Below are positions 9,611 to 18,275 of a DNA stretch of 62,642 nucleotides, one piece after another. The DNA lies in IMG/VR virus record IMGVR_UViG_3300046007_010469, positions 1 to 62,642 of that record, one strand, 5' to 3'. Made by a program: the position numbers and the translations under genes. Source of the DNA: a virus. Its lineage: Duplodnaviria > Caudoviricetes. The notes beneath the pieces are model-generated. The model saw only the letters and a list, made by a program, of their open reading frames with translations. It ran no database searches and had not been told where the DNA came from. Numbering within the stretch: position 1 is the first letter of the stretch; each line of letters starts with the position of its first letter.

Positions 9611-10132
9611 ATGCCTAACTGGTGCGAAAACCATGTCTACCTCGAAGCTTCGCCCGAGGAAATTGCTGCGATTGCGGCGCTGATTAAGAGTGAGAATAAT
9701 GCCGCAAGTCTGCTAAACCATTTGCGCCCGGAGCCTGAATATCCCGAAAGCAACGACACCTTGATGCCGCATTGGTTTGGCTGGCGCGTGGCGAATTGGG
9801 GCACTAAATGGGACGTGCAAGCGGAGATTGTATCTCACTCAATCGAAGATGGGTGGATGAATCTTTGGTTTGATAGCGCATGGAGCCCGCCGATTGCGGC
9901 TCTCGACTATTGGGCTGAACAAGATAGCACTCGCCGATTTAACATTCGGTATATCGAATGGGGAAACGCGTTTTGCGGTGAAGCGGATAACACGGGATTG
10001 GATGAACACTTCTCAATTCCCGGCACTGTCGCGGAAGTGCAAGAAAAGATTCCGGAAGAATTGGATAACCAATTCGGCATTTCAGATGCTGTCGCGCAAT
10101 GGGAAGCAGAAAATGAGGAGGTGGAGGCGTAA
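9611..10132 (+). CDS. DUF1281/YubB ferredoxin-like (Api92-like) protein
   Basis: MPNWCEN, NWGTKWD and FDSAWSPP motifs. Confidence 0.8.
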   Translation: MPNWCENHVYLEASPEEIAAIAALIKSENNAASLLNHLRPEPEYPESNDTLMPHWFGWRVANWGTKWDVQAEIVSHSIEDGWMNLWFDSAWSPPIAALDYWAEQDSTRRFNIRYIEWGNAFCGEADNTGLDEHFSIPGTVAEVQEKIPEELDNQFGISDAVAQWEAENEEVEA

Positions 10133-10261
10133 AGCCTCCACTTTTCAAGAGGTTACAGCGCGGGGCGCCCCGACGGCTAACCACTTGAAATCATTACGAA
10201 ACATTCCTCTTGCAACATGCTATAGCCTATGGCATACAAGCTGAGCAAACAGGGAACTACT

Positions 10262-10456
10262 ATGGCACTGCTCGGAACACTTCTCGTCATCTCGCAAATG
10301 GCCCTGCTGGCAACCGGGTTCAACGTAAAAATCGCCTTGACATGTGGGCTGCTCGCTGCTATTGCATGGGCTGTCCACTCTGTCAAACAGCAAGACTGGT
10401 GGCTGTTGGTAACAAACGCCGCAGTTGGTAGTTTCGCCGTCTATGGCATAATCTAG
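10262..10456 (+). CDS. Small membrane protein
   Basis: Promoter module; several hydrophobic helices. Confidence 0.5.
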   Translation: MALLGTLLVISQMALLATGFNVKIALTCGLLAAIAWAVHSVKQQDWWLLVTNAAVGSFAVYGII

Positions 10457-10575
10457 GAGTCTGCAATGAAACTGAACTCTAACCTGCTCGATACAATTCT
10501 AATTGTGGTATTTACCACGCTTGGAATCAGCCTGATGATTCACCACTATTTTACCTTTAACTAAGGAGAGCGAAG

Positions 10576-10836
10576 ATGGACTTTGAAACTTGGAAAGCGG
10601 CGGTTGATGCGGTGCTGGTTCGCATTGCAGGTGTTGTGCAAGATGACTTGCCCGACTGGCTGGCGCGGGATGCCTATGACGACGGCGTGCCCCCCGAAGA
10701 GGCTGCGGAGATTTGCCTTGAATCCGCGGGCTGGTATGACGAAGAGGAAGATGACTATGACGACAGCATGGACGGGGACCATGCGTCGGCGCTGGCCTCG
10801 GCGGGTTGGGGAACTGATGAGGACTATGGGGGCTGA
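10576..10836 (+). CDS. Hypothetical acidic protein
   Basis: AAGGAG RBS; DSMDGDHASALASAGWGTDEDYG C-terminal motif typical of phage proteins. Confidence 0.7.
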   Translation: MDFETWKAAVDAVLVRIAGVVQDDLPDWLARDAYDDGVPPEEAAEICLESAGWYDEEEDDYDDSMDGDHASALASAGWGTDEDYGG

Positions 10837-10968
10837 AAAGCCCCCAATCTTCAAGGGGTTAGCCACCCCGGCGCCCCGCGCGCTAAACTCTTGATAACTA
10901 ACAGTTATTTTGTGCTTGACACGCGCGGCAGAGCGTGCGATAAGAAAGCATCAACAAAGGAGATAGCT

Positions 10969-11151
10969 ATGGAAAGCCTGATGGACAGTCTGCTAAAAGA
11001 CCGCCACTACATTGACGGCGAAATGCAAAAACTCGAAAATGAGATTGAGCGTCTTAAGATGCAGCGTGAATTGCTGCTCTATAAGCGTCGTCTCGTGACT
11101 GATGCCATTGCTCAACTTGAGGATATCGAATATGAAAGCGTTGGATTTTAG
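10969..11151 (+). CDS. Hypothetical coiled-coil protein
   Basis: AAGGAG RBS. Confidence 0.55.
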   Translation: MESLMDSLLKDRHYIDGEMQKLENEIERLKMQRELLLYKRRLVTDAIAQLEDIEYESVGF

Positions 11152-11335
11152 AAAACTAGAGCCGGTCGGCAAATGCTCGCATTGCGGCATTAATTGCTGG
11201 GCGGAAACAAATAATGAACCGGCAATCTGGCCTTGCGGCGTGGAAGGCTGCCCATACCCTCGTGGGCAAATCATTCAGTTTCCTCGCTCGCCGACAGGAA
11301 CTAGCCTTGCTCAAATCATCTATTCAGGGAGTTAA
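11132..11335 (+). CDS. Small Cys-rich (zinc-binding) protein
   Basis: CSHCG...C..C. Confidence 0.5.
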   Translation: MKALDFRKLEPVGKCSHCGINCWAETNNEPAIWPCGVEGCPYPRGQIIQFPRSPTGTSLAQIIYSGS

Positions 11336-11337
11336 AA

Positions 11338-11604
11338 ATGGCAAGTCGTGAAGAACTCGAAACACTCGCAGTGGAAATTGCCTGGAATAATGATGGCTGT
11401 TTCCATCTCGAATTTGGCGAAGAGTATGAGACGCTAACTAAAGAAGAGCAAAGCATTGTTTTCGATCTTGTTTGGGAGGATCTTGCAAATTGTGATGAAT
11501 GTGGCTGGCATTTTCTGCAAGACAATTTAGAGGTGGATAAAGCGACAGGCGATTGCCTCTGCTGGCAATGCTATAGCTGTCGAGAGGATGAAGAGGAAGA
11601 ATAA
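11338..11604 (+). CDS. Acidic zinc-finger protein
   Basis: CDECG...CWQC; GGGAG RBS. Confidence 0.6.
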   Translation: MASREELETLAVEIAWNNDGCFHLEFGEEYETLTKEEQSIVFDLVWEDLANCDECGWHFLQDNLEVDKATGDCLCWQCYSCREDEEEE

Positions 11605-11720
11605 CAAGGGGTTAATCACCCCGCCGCCCCCGCGGCTAACATCTTGAAACTAAGCATTTTATTGTGCTTGCAAGGCGCGCATAGTTATGCGATAAAAGCT
11701 TAACAGCAAGGGAGAATGAT

Positions 11721-12221
11721 ATGACTAGCACTTTTGACTTCCAAGACGGTAAAGGCCTTGTTCCTGCTCATCAACACTCTAACGGGGGTGGATGGGTCGC
11801 TGACACGGCGACTGTTGCCAGCACCACCTATATCGGGCCTAATGCCTGTGTCTTTGGCAATGCTTCAGTCTTTGACGATGCTTATGTCTATGGCAATGCT
11901 CGAGTCTTTGGCAATGCTCGAGTCTTTGACGATGCTTATGTCTATGGCTATGCTTCAATCTTTGACGATGCTTATGTCTATGGCAATGCTTATGTCTATG
12001 GCAATGCTCGAGTCTATGGCTATGCTCGAGTCTATGGCAATGCTTCAGTCTTTGACGATACTCGAGTCTTTGACGATGCTTCAGTCTTTGACGATGCTTC
12101 AGTCTATGGCACTGCTTCAGTCTATGGCAATGCTCGAGTCTTTGACGATGCTTCAGTCTATGGCAATGCTTCAGTCTTTGGCACTGCTTCAGTCTATGGC
12201 AATGCTCGAGTCTTTGGATAA
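11721..12221 (+). CDS. Hexapeptide-repeat (left-handed beta-helix) protein
   Basis: AHQHSNGGGWVA N-terminus followed by ~21 A-x-V-[FY]-[GD]-[ND] repeats (18-bp DNA repeats). Confidence 0.85.
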   Translation: MTSTFDFQDGKGLVPAHQHSNGGGWVADTATVASTTYIGPNACVFGNASVFDDAYVYGNARVFGNARVFDDAYVYGYASIFDDAYVYGNAYVYGNARVYGYARVYGNASVFDDTRVFDDASVFDDASVYGTASVYGNARVFDDASVYGNASVFGTASVYGNARVFG

Positions 12222-12438
12222 ACAGTTAACATTCATTTAGAATCAGGGTAGATTGACAATAGTTTCAAGGGGTTAACCACCCCGGCGCCCCGGCGGCTAA
12301 CACCTTGAAAACAAACACAAAAAAACTTTGCATCAAAACCCCAAGCCCTTGATATTGCAGGAAACATTTTTCTTGCATGTTGCCTCGGCCTGTGCGATAA
12401 ACACCTTACTGAAGGACAGCCAAGCAAAGGAGAACATC

Positions 12439-12798
12439 ATGGCTGAAGCGAAAACTAAACCCGCCAACTACACCGACGAAATGGTGGCCCGTATGCTCGA
12501 TATGTATGAGCAACTCGGGAATGACGGCCTTGACACTATCGCGGAAGCGATTGGCAAGCCCGTGCGTTCGGTCCGCTCGAAACTTGTGCGCGAGGGCGTC
12601 TATGTTGCCTCGCCCAAAGTGAAGGCGGCCAAGGTGGAAGGCCCGTCGAAAAAGGAACTGCTCAATATCCTCGAGGATATGGTGCCGTTCCCCGTGGACG
12701 GCCTGACTGGTGCCACGAAAGAGGCGCTGGCCCACCTCATCGCGTTCGCGGAAGCGAACGCGGACGCTGAGGCTCCGGCCTCTGATACTGCGGCTTAA
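12439..12798 (+). CDS. T5 A2-like DNA-binding/second-step-transfer protein, copy 1
   Basis: NYT.EMV...DGL..IA...KPVRSVRSKLVREGVY resembles T5 A2 (SVRSKL); AAGGAG RBS. Confidence 0.75.
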   Translation: MAEAKTKPANYTDEMVARMLDMYEQLGNDGLDTIAEAIGKPVRSVRSKLVREGVYVASPKVKAAKVEGPSKKELLNILEDMVPFPVDGLTGATKEALAHLIAFAEANADAEAPASDTAA

Positions 12799-12974
12799 TG
12801 TCGCGGGGGGCGGGCGACCGCCCCCTAAACCGGCCCGAATTCCTTGAGAAATCAAGGGGTTAGGGCCGGAGGCCCCCCGCCGCCCAAGCCCTTGAAATCA
12901 TACGCAAAAATACCTCTTGACGAATTGTGCCTGTTGACGTATATCAAACAGACTGAAACGCAAAAGGAAACAAC

Positions 12975-13682
12975 ATGCCTATCAAGCCGACTCTGTTCGT
13001 CGTCACGGATATTGAAACGACAATGCGGAAGCGCATTGCGTTTGATATTGGCTGGCGTATCATTGACAAATCGGGCCGCGAATACAACAAAGGGTCGTTT
13101 GTTATTCGTGAGGCTTTCCGCTATGACGTTCCATTCTATGCGGACAAATTGGGCCATTATTTTGATGACGCCTATTCGCAACTTATTCGTCCGGCAACTA
13201 TTGTCGAGGTTCGCAACGAATACAATCGGCAAATTGCCGAATTGCAAGCGGCGGGTCATCGCGTAATTGCGTGTGCCTATAATGCGGCTTTTGACTTCAA
13301 ATATCTGCCGCATACATTCAACGTGCTAATGGGCACAAGCGACATTCGCTGGATGGCGCAACGTGTTGAAATCATGGACATTTGGGACTTTTGGGGTTCA
13401 AGTGTTCCGCTCGACTATACGGCGCAACCGACGGCCTCGGGCAAATATGTTTCGACCAGCGCGGAAAGTGCCTATCGCTGGGAAATGAAACAGGCTGACT
13501 TTGAAGAGCGGCATATTGCGTGGCACGATTGCCTAATTGAGAGCGATATTCTGCTTAAAGCAATTCGTCGCAAAAAGCCGATGCCCGTTGTTTCCCGTCC
13601 GTCTGAATTGGCGGGTTCCGTCTGGAAAAAGATTAATACCCGGCTCGGAATTGACGGGCAAAATGCGTTGGTGGCCGCCTAG
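12975..13682 (+). CDS. DEDDh 3'-5' exonuclease
   Basis: DIET, AYNAAFD and H.A..D...E motifs. Confidence 0.8.
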   Translation: MPIKPTLFVVTDIETTMRKRIAFDIGWRIIDKSGREYNKGSFVIREAFRYDVPFYADKLGHYFDDAYSQLIRPATIVEVRNEYNRQIAELQAAGHRVIACAYNAAFDFKYLPHTFNVLMGTSDIRWMAQRVEIMDIWDFWGSSVPLDYTAQPTASGKYVSTSAESAYRWEMKQADFEERHIAWHDCLIESDILLKAIRRKKPMPVVSRPSELAGSVWKKINTRLGIDGQNALVAA

Positions 13683-13822
13683 GCCACCAAAAAACCGCGT
13701 GTAATCAAGGGGTTACACGCGGGGGCACCCGGCGCGCTAACCCTTTGATTTTACGAAGTAAAATAGGCGTTGACAGCCTCCTCCACTTATGCGATAAACG
13801 TTCATCAGCTAGGAGACAGCTC

Positions 13823-14302
13823 GTGAAACGCATCGTGGTTTTTGATCTAGACGAAACGCTCGTCAACTCTAAACATCGCACTCCCAATCGAGCGGATGGC
13901 ACTCTTGATTTGCAAGGGTATTTTCGGAATAAAACCCGTGCTAACATTATGCGTGACACGCTGCTGCCTCTGGCTGAAACTTTTAAGGCTCTAGATAGGA
14001 CAGAAAACTATGTCGTCATTTGCACGGCTCGTGCAATGGAGCAAGATGACTTTGATTTTCTCTCAATGCACGGCCTACACTTTCACTCTATTCTACATCG
14101 CCCTATTGACGGATCAGAAGATGGTATCCCGGATGGGCCTCTAAAGGTGCGAAAGATTAAACGTCTGCTAAATCTGCGGCAATTCCGCGGTTTGCCCGTA
14201 ATTGCTTTTGATGATGCTAAACCGGTAATCGCTGCTATTCGTCGCGCTGGGATAGTTTGTCTCAATGCAATTCGCGTCAATCAAAAACTGGGAGAGGCTT
14301 AA
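13823..14302 (+). CDS. HAD-family phosphatase (Dmp-like), copy 2
   Basis: Close paralog of 5377-5859; GTG start after AGGAG. Confidence 0.75.
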   Translation: MKRIVVFDLDETLVNSKHRTPNRADGTLDLQGYFRNKTRANIMRDTLLPLAETFKALDRTENYVVICTARAMEQDDFDFLSMHGLHFHSILHRPIDGSEDGIPDGPLKVRKIKRLLNLRQFRGLPVIAFDDAKPVIAAIRRAGIVCLNAIRVNQKLGEA

Positions 14303-14443
14303 ATGCGAATTAGGCTTAAACTACCAAAACCTCGCAATCCGGTTGCTGCGGCGATGAGTCGCAGCAACGCTACAAAGCCGCGTGTCATACGCGACAAAAC
14401 CCGCTATACCCGCAAACAAAAGCACAAACTTTCAAGGGGTTAG
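14303..14443 (+). CDS. Small basic protein with ArfA-like C-terminus (46 aa)
   Basis: Manual translation MRIRLKLPKPRNPVAAAMSR...DKTRYTRKQKHKLSRG; GGAGAGG RBS. Confidence 0.55.
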   Translation: MRIRLKLPKPRNPVAAAMSRSNATKPRVIRDKTRYTRKQKHKLSRG

Positions 14444-14606
14444 GCGGCGCGGCGCCCCCGCGGCTAAGCCCTTGAAAACACTACATAATCTTTTTTGCCT
14501 TAAACGACCAAGCCCTTGATATCACAGCAAACATTTTTCTTGCACTATGCTTCGCGCTCGCGTATGGTGTTCTTACTGAGAGAGGCAGCCAACAACGGAG
14601 GTTCCA

Positions 14607-14945
14607 ATGGCTGAACGTGCGAAGGCCGCGAAAGCGGAAAACTACACCTCGGAAATGGTCGAGCGTCTGCTCGCCCGTTACGAGGAACTCGGCAACGATG
14701 GTCTCGAGACCATTGCGGCTGAACTCGGCAAGCCGGTCCGGTCGGTCCGGTCGAAGCTGGTTCGGGAAGGCGCCTATGTCGCTGCCCCGAAGGCTGCCAA
14801 GGCGAAGCGTGAGGAAGGTCCGAGCAAAAAAGACCTTCTGAACGAACTTGAGGCCGTCGCCCCGTTTGCGGTCGAGGGTTTCATGGGTGCGACGAAGGAA
14901 GCGATTGCGTCCGTCATCGCGTTTGTCAAGGCTGCTCAAGCCTAA
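14607..14945 (+). CDS. T5 A2-like protein, copy 2
   Basis: Paralog of 12439-12798; GGAGG RBS. Confidence 0.75.
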   Translation: MAERAKAAKAENYTSEMVERLLARYEELGNDGLETIAAELGKPVRSVRSKLVREGAYVAAPKAAKAKREEGPSKKDLLNELEAVAPFAVEGFMGATKEAIASVIAFVKAAQA

Positions 14946-15221
14946 CGACCGAGGGTGTGGCTGCAAGGCCACACCCGCCTATCGCCTCGGATCAGAAAAG
15001 ATACCAGACCCGGCGTTAAATGGTCAAAGCAAATCCGTGTCGCTTGCGTCACCCGGCGGTTAATCGTGCTATACCGTATGCACGCCCAAAACCCCTTGTA
15101 TATCAAGGGGTTGCAGGGCGGGGCGCCCCGCCGGCTAAACCGCTAATAACACTAGAAAATATTCCTCTTGCAAAGCTCGTAGCTTTATGCGATATAATGC
15201 TCAATCTTTAGGAGAACTGAG

Positions 15222-15485
15222 ATGATAGACGTAGTTGAACGTGACAGACTGGACCGCAACCTAGCAGAAGCCTTTCTCAAATTTGTTCTGGCGCAAGTGA
15301 ACCTGCATAAAGCAAAAGCGGATATTGCTGAACTGGCACTGAAGAATGAGCCAATTCCGGAGGCGCTGCGTGAGACGATTACAGATGCGGAATTGGATAT
15401 AGACTACTGGCCGCAACGCTTGCAGGAAATAAAAGACGAATACATCCAACTAATCAGAGAAATCAAACTTCCCGTAATCTACTGA
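15222..15485 (+). CDS. Hypothetical protein
   Basis: TTGCAA-N17-TATAAT promoter; AGGAG RBS. Confidence 0.65.
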   Translation: MIDVVERDRLDRNLAEAFLKFVLAQVNLHKAKADIAELALKNEPIPEALRETITDAELDIDYWPQRLQEIKDEYIQLIREIKLPVIY

Positions 15486-15496
15486 GGAGAAATGAA

Positions 15497-15712
15497 ATGA
15501 TGAAAATGCGGCTGATAAGCGGAATTGAGTGCTACGGAGATCTTAACGACTCCTCAAACTTTAGCATTGTCTGCGATGATGAAGAGGATGACGGTGTTTG
15601 GTGTGAGGGAAATCCTGACGACCCGAACTTTACTTTTGAAAGCTGGGAACAGGTGGTCGAAACGCTAAAGGCGTATTGGGCTGGTGACATTATAGAAATT
15701 AGCGCGGTGTGA
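15497..15712 (+). CDS. Hypothetical acidic protein
   Basis: GAGGAG RBS. Confidence 0.6.
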   Translation: MMKMRLISGIECYGDLNDSSNFSIVCDDEEDDGVWCEGNPDDPNFTFESWEQVVETLKAYWAGDIIEISAV

Positions 15713-15713
15713 T

Positions 15714-15908
15714 ATGGCAACTAATACAGAGATTACCGCGCGACTCAACTCTTTCTTAGAGGAGTTGCGCGGTATTATGACCGAGCGTCGTGCTCGCGTT
15801 AACGAGCTGCTGGCGCAGATTGAAAGCCTACAGGCTGAGATCGCCGAGATTGAACGCCAGAACGAGACACTCGAGCGAACTGTCGCCGACCTGCTAAAAT
15901 CCTTCTAA
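15714..15908 (+). CDS. Hypothetical coiled-coil protein
   Basis: Operonic; heptad pattern. Confidence 0.6.
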   Translation: MATNTEITARLNSFLEELRGIMTERRARVNELLAQIESLQAEIAEIERQNETLERTVADLLKSF

Positions 15909-16059
15909 ATCAAGGTGTTAGCCGGCGCGGGGCCCGGCCCCCTAAGCGCTTGAAATTCAACATTAATCTACACCCTCACCACGATTCCATGCTGTTTCAC
16001 CCTCCTCCCAACGCGTTGAAAAGATTGACTTTTTCTCCCCCCGCTGCACTGCAGCGCGC

Positions 16060-16450
16060 CAAAGTAGTAGTTCGACGACTTGTTGTCAAGTGGAAACGCG
16101 ATTTGAGAGGAGTACGCGTACATGACGAAGTCATATCTTTTGCTACCTCTACTCCCCTGCGCCAGTAGTAGTAGATCGACGACGCATTGTCAAGTGGAAA
16201 GGCGATTTGAGCCGTGGCCGCGTACATGACGAAGTCATATCTTTTGCTACCTCTACTCTCCTGCGCCTATTTTAGTAGTCTTTCGACGACTTGTCAAGCG
16301 TAAAGATGTTTTGAAGCGTGGTTGCACTGTGCACAGAGTCATATTGCGAGCCCCCACTGCACAGCAGCGCCGATTCTAGTAGTAATTCGACGACGTGTCA
16401 AACGTAAACGTGATTCAAACCGTGGCCGCGTACGTGACGAAGTCACATTG
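16060..16450 (-). repeat. Four degenerate 104-bp tandem units, each a leftward TTGACA-N17-TA(C/A/G)nnn promoter plus a TGAC-GAA-GTCA palindrome (degenerate in unit 3)
   Basis: TGTCAA at 16084, 16188, 16292, 16396; TGACGAAGTCA at 16123, 16227, 16435. Confidence 0.85.
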
Positions 16451-16640
16451 CGGGTTCAGGAGATTAAATGTTAAGCATATATCTTGTAATTGCACTGTTC
16501 TCTACTGCAGGAGCATACTTTTGGTTGGGCTGGCTTGTCGGCGAGACTAACTTTAGTGCAAGTTTGCTGCTAGGGCTAACCTGGCCTCTACTATTAATTT
16601 ATTTTATGAGTTATTACCTAAAAAAGAACGATAAAAACTA

Positions 16641-16667
16641 AAAAACCCGGGTAAGTCCCGGGTTTTT
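16641..16667. terminator. Bidirectional intrinsic terminator-like hairpin
   Basis: aaaaacccggg-taagt-cccgggttttt. Confidence 0.65.
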
Positions 16668-16962
16668 ACATTTTTTCTAACGAAGAAAACGAATGATTGC
16701 ACGTCGTTGGGGCGGCGGGGCGACCCGACAAACCCTCTTTTCTCTAAAAAGAGACTAGAGAGGGAGAGAAGCTAGGACGTCGTGGGACTGAATGTGCGCT
16801 CCTGGCCGGGAGGGAGAGTCAGAAAAAAATGAAATTTTTTCGACTGCAAGGCGCTCAAGCAACCACCTCCTAATCAATCCTAAAATGTAGTAATTAAAAA
16901 CTGGTCGATAGACAGACCTCTAGCTGGTAGATTTAAAACGCCTAGTCGGCACTTCGTGCCCT

Positions 16963-17142
16963 AGCCAAGGCCCCAGATTAAACTTCGTTTAAAAACAAAC
17001 AGCCAAGGCCCCAGATTAAACTTCGTTTAAAAACAAACAGCCAAGGCCCCAGATTAAACTTCGTTTAAAAACAAACAGCCAAGGCCCCAGATTAAACTTC
17101 GTTTAAAAACAAACAGCCAAGGCCGCACACTAAACTTCGTTT
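16963..17142. repeat. 38-bp tandem repeat x4 plus a degenerate fifth copy (AGCCAAGGCCCCAGATTAAACTTCGTTTAAAAACAAAC)
   Basis: Units start at 16963, 17001, 17039, 17077, 17115; internal palindrome TAAAC-TTC-GTTTA. Confidence 0.95.
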
Positions 17143-17537
17143 CGCCCCAGCACCGACAACGAAACCTCGTTTCTCTACAGCTCTAAGAGTAGAAATAAAA
17201 AAAATCCCGAAGCACCTGGCTCGGGATTCAGTAGTTTTAATCTAGTATATAGCTCTTTTTAATGAAATCTAGTCTAAATCCTGGTTTTAGGGTCTTTTTA
17301 ATGCAGGGTTTTAATAAACTCTAGTCTTAATCAGGTGTTTTTAACTCTCTGGGGTTAGGATTCTCTAAACCCCAGTGTTTTTCAGTTTCTTTTTAGCATC
17401 TTCCCTAAATAATAGTAGCCGAAGATAAACCAAGAGTCAATATTTTTTATTTTAGCTTTTGGGGATTGCCCTTTTCTAGAAGGTGACACTTGACTTTAAG
17501 CGTAGATTAGGCTATCCTAGTATAAAGGAGAAATCCG

Positions 17538-18266
17538 ATGAAGCGTATTTTTGGATTGCAGCGTAACATGTTTAGAGAGCTAGTAGGCAGCAGCTCTACT
17601 TTTGTTACCGATGGACTACACTTTCGCTTTGAGAGCAGTGACTATACTTCAGGAGCCTGGACTAGTCGTGTCAACTCTGTTGTAGCTACTATAGAGGGAG
17701 CTACTTTTGATGGTACTTTTAGTTTAGATGGCAGCAACGATAGAATTAGTGTTGCTGCTAGCCCCGAGCTCTCTTTAAGCGTTGCTACCGAAAAAACACT
17801 GCAAGTATGGGTTCTCGTGAATTCTTATGGTGCCGCCAATACCCAAGTTCCAGTTTTTGGCAAGCTATCCTCTAGTTTTAATTTTGACGGGTACTGGGGT
17901 GGACTGTTCAGTAATGCGGGAGCCGTACGAGTAGTTACAAATGGGGCTAGTGGTCAACGAATTAGTACTACTGCAAACGACGTTTTACCATTAAATACCT
18001 GGAAGCTATTCACCTTTGTCTCGCGTATCTCAGCTGAGGCAGGTAGTACTCGGGTATCTTTAAATGATGTAGAGATTATTAGTACCGCTCACGGCACTGA
18101 CTCCTACTCAGAAAACAATCCTTTGTATTTTGGATTTATCGGGGCTGGAGTAAGTTCGCTCTACTTAAATGGTCGAATTGGGGCAGCCTATTTTTACACT
18201 CGAGGGCTTAGTGCTGAAGAGATTAGCGCAAATTTTGAAGCCACTCGTGCTACCTATGGAGTGTAG
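17538..18266 (+). CDS. LamG/concanavalin-like domain protein (possible receptor-binding/virion protein)
   Basis: FSLDGSND...LNGRIGAAYFYTRGLSAEEISANFEA LamG signature; promoter TTGACT-N17-TATCCT. Confidence 0.8.
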   Translation: MKRIFGLQRNMFRELVGSSSTFVTDGLHFRFESSDYTSGAWTSRVNSVVATIEGATFDGTFSLDGSNDRISVAASPELSLSVATEKTLQVWVLVNSYGAANTQVPVFGKLSSSFNFDGYWGGLFSNAGAVRVVTNGASGQRISTTANDVLPLNTWKLFTFVSRISAEAGSTRVSLNDVEIISTAHGTDSYSENNPLYFGFIGAGVSSLYLNGRIGAAYFYTRGLSAEEISANFEATRATYGV

Positions 18267-18275
18267 GAGAACAAT

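Larger units (their letters stand above)
4460..15952. repeat. Dispersed inverted repeat CAAGGGGTTA-N22(GC-rich)-TAAnCnCTTG, ~19 copies at gene-module boundaries
   Basis: Left arms start at 4460, 4782, 5187, 5878, 6473 (half), 7104, 7486, 7942, 8815, 9239, 10146, 10852, 11605, 12266, 12853, 13706, 14433, 15104, 15911; spacer is 22 bp in all complete copies except 4782 (20 bp). Confidence 0.9.

Noticed and set aside
11840-12220. 18-bp tandem repeats as a non-coding array, and the alternative-frame ORF 11734-12240
   Set aside because: Explained by the hexapeptide-repeat CDS; the MAML/SLTM frame is a shadow ORF
4460-15952. Inverted repeats as integron attC or Xer dif sites
   Set aside because: No RYYYAAC/GTTRRRY boxes, no 11-6-11 dif geometry and no integrase in the window; kept only as an unexplained site family
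16963-17142. 38-bp repeats with an internal palindrome as a CRISPR array
   Set aside because: Copies are head-to-tail with no unique spacers; no cas genes nearby
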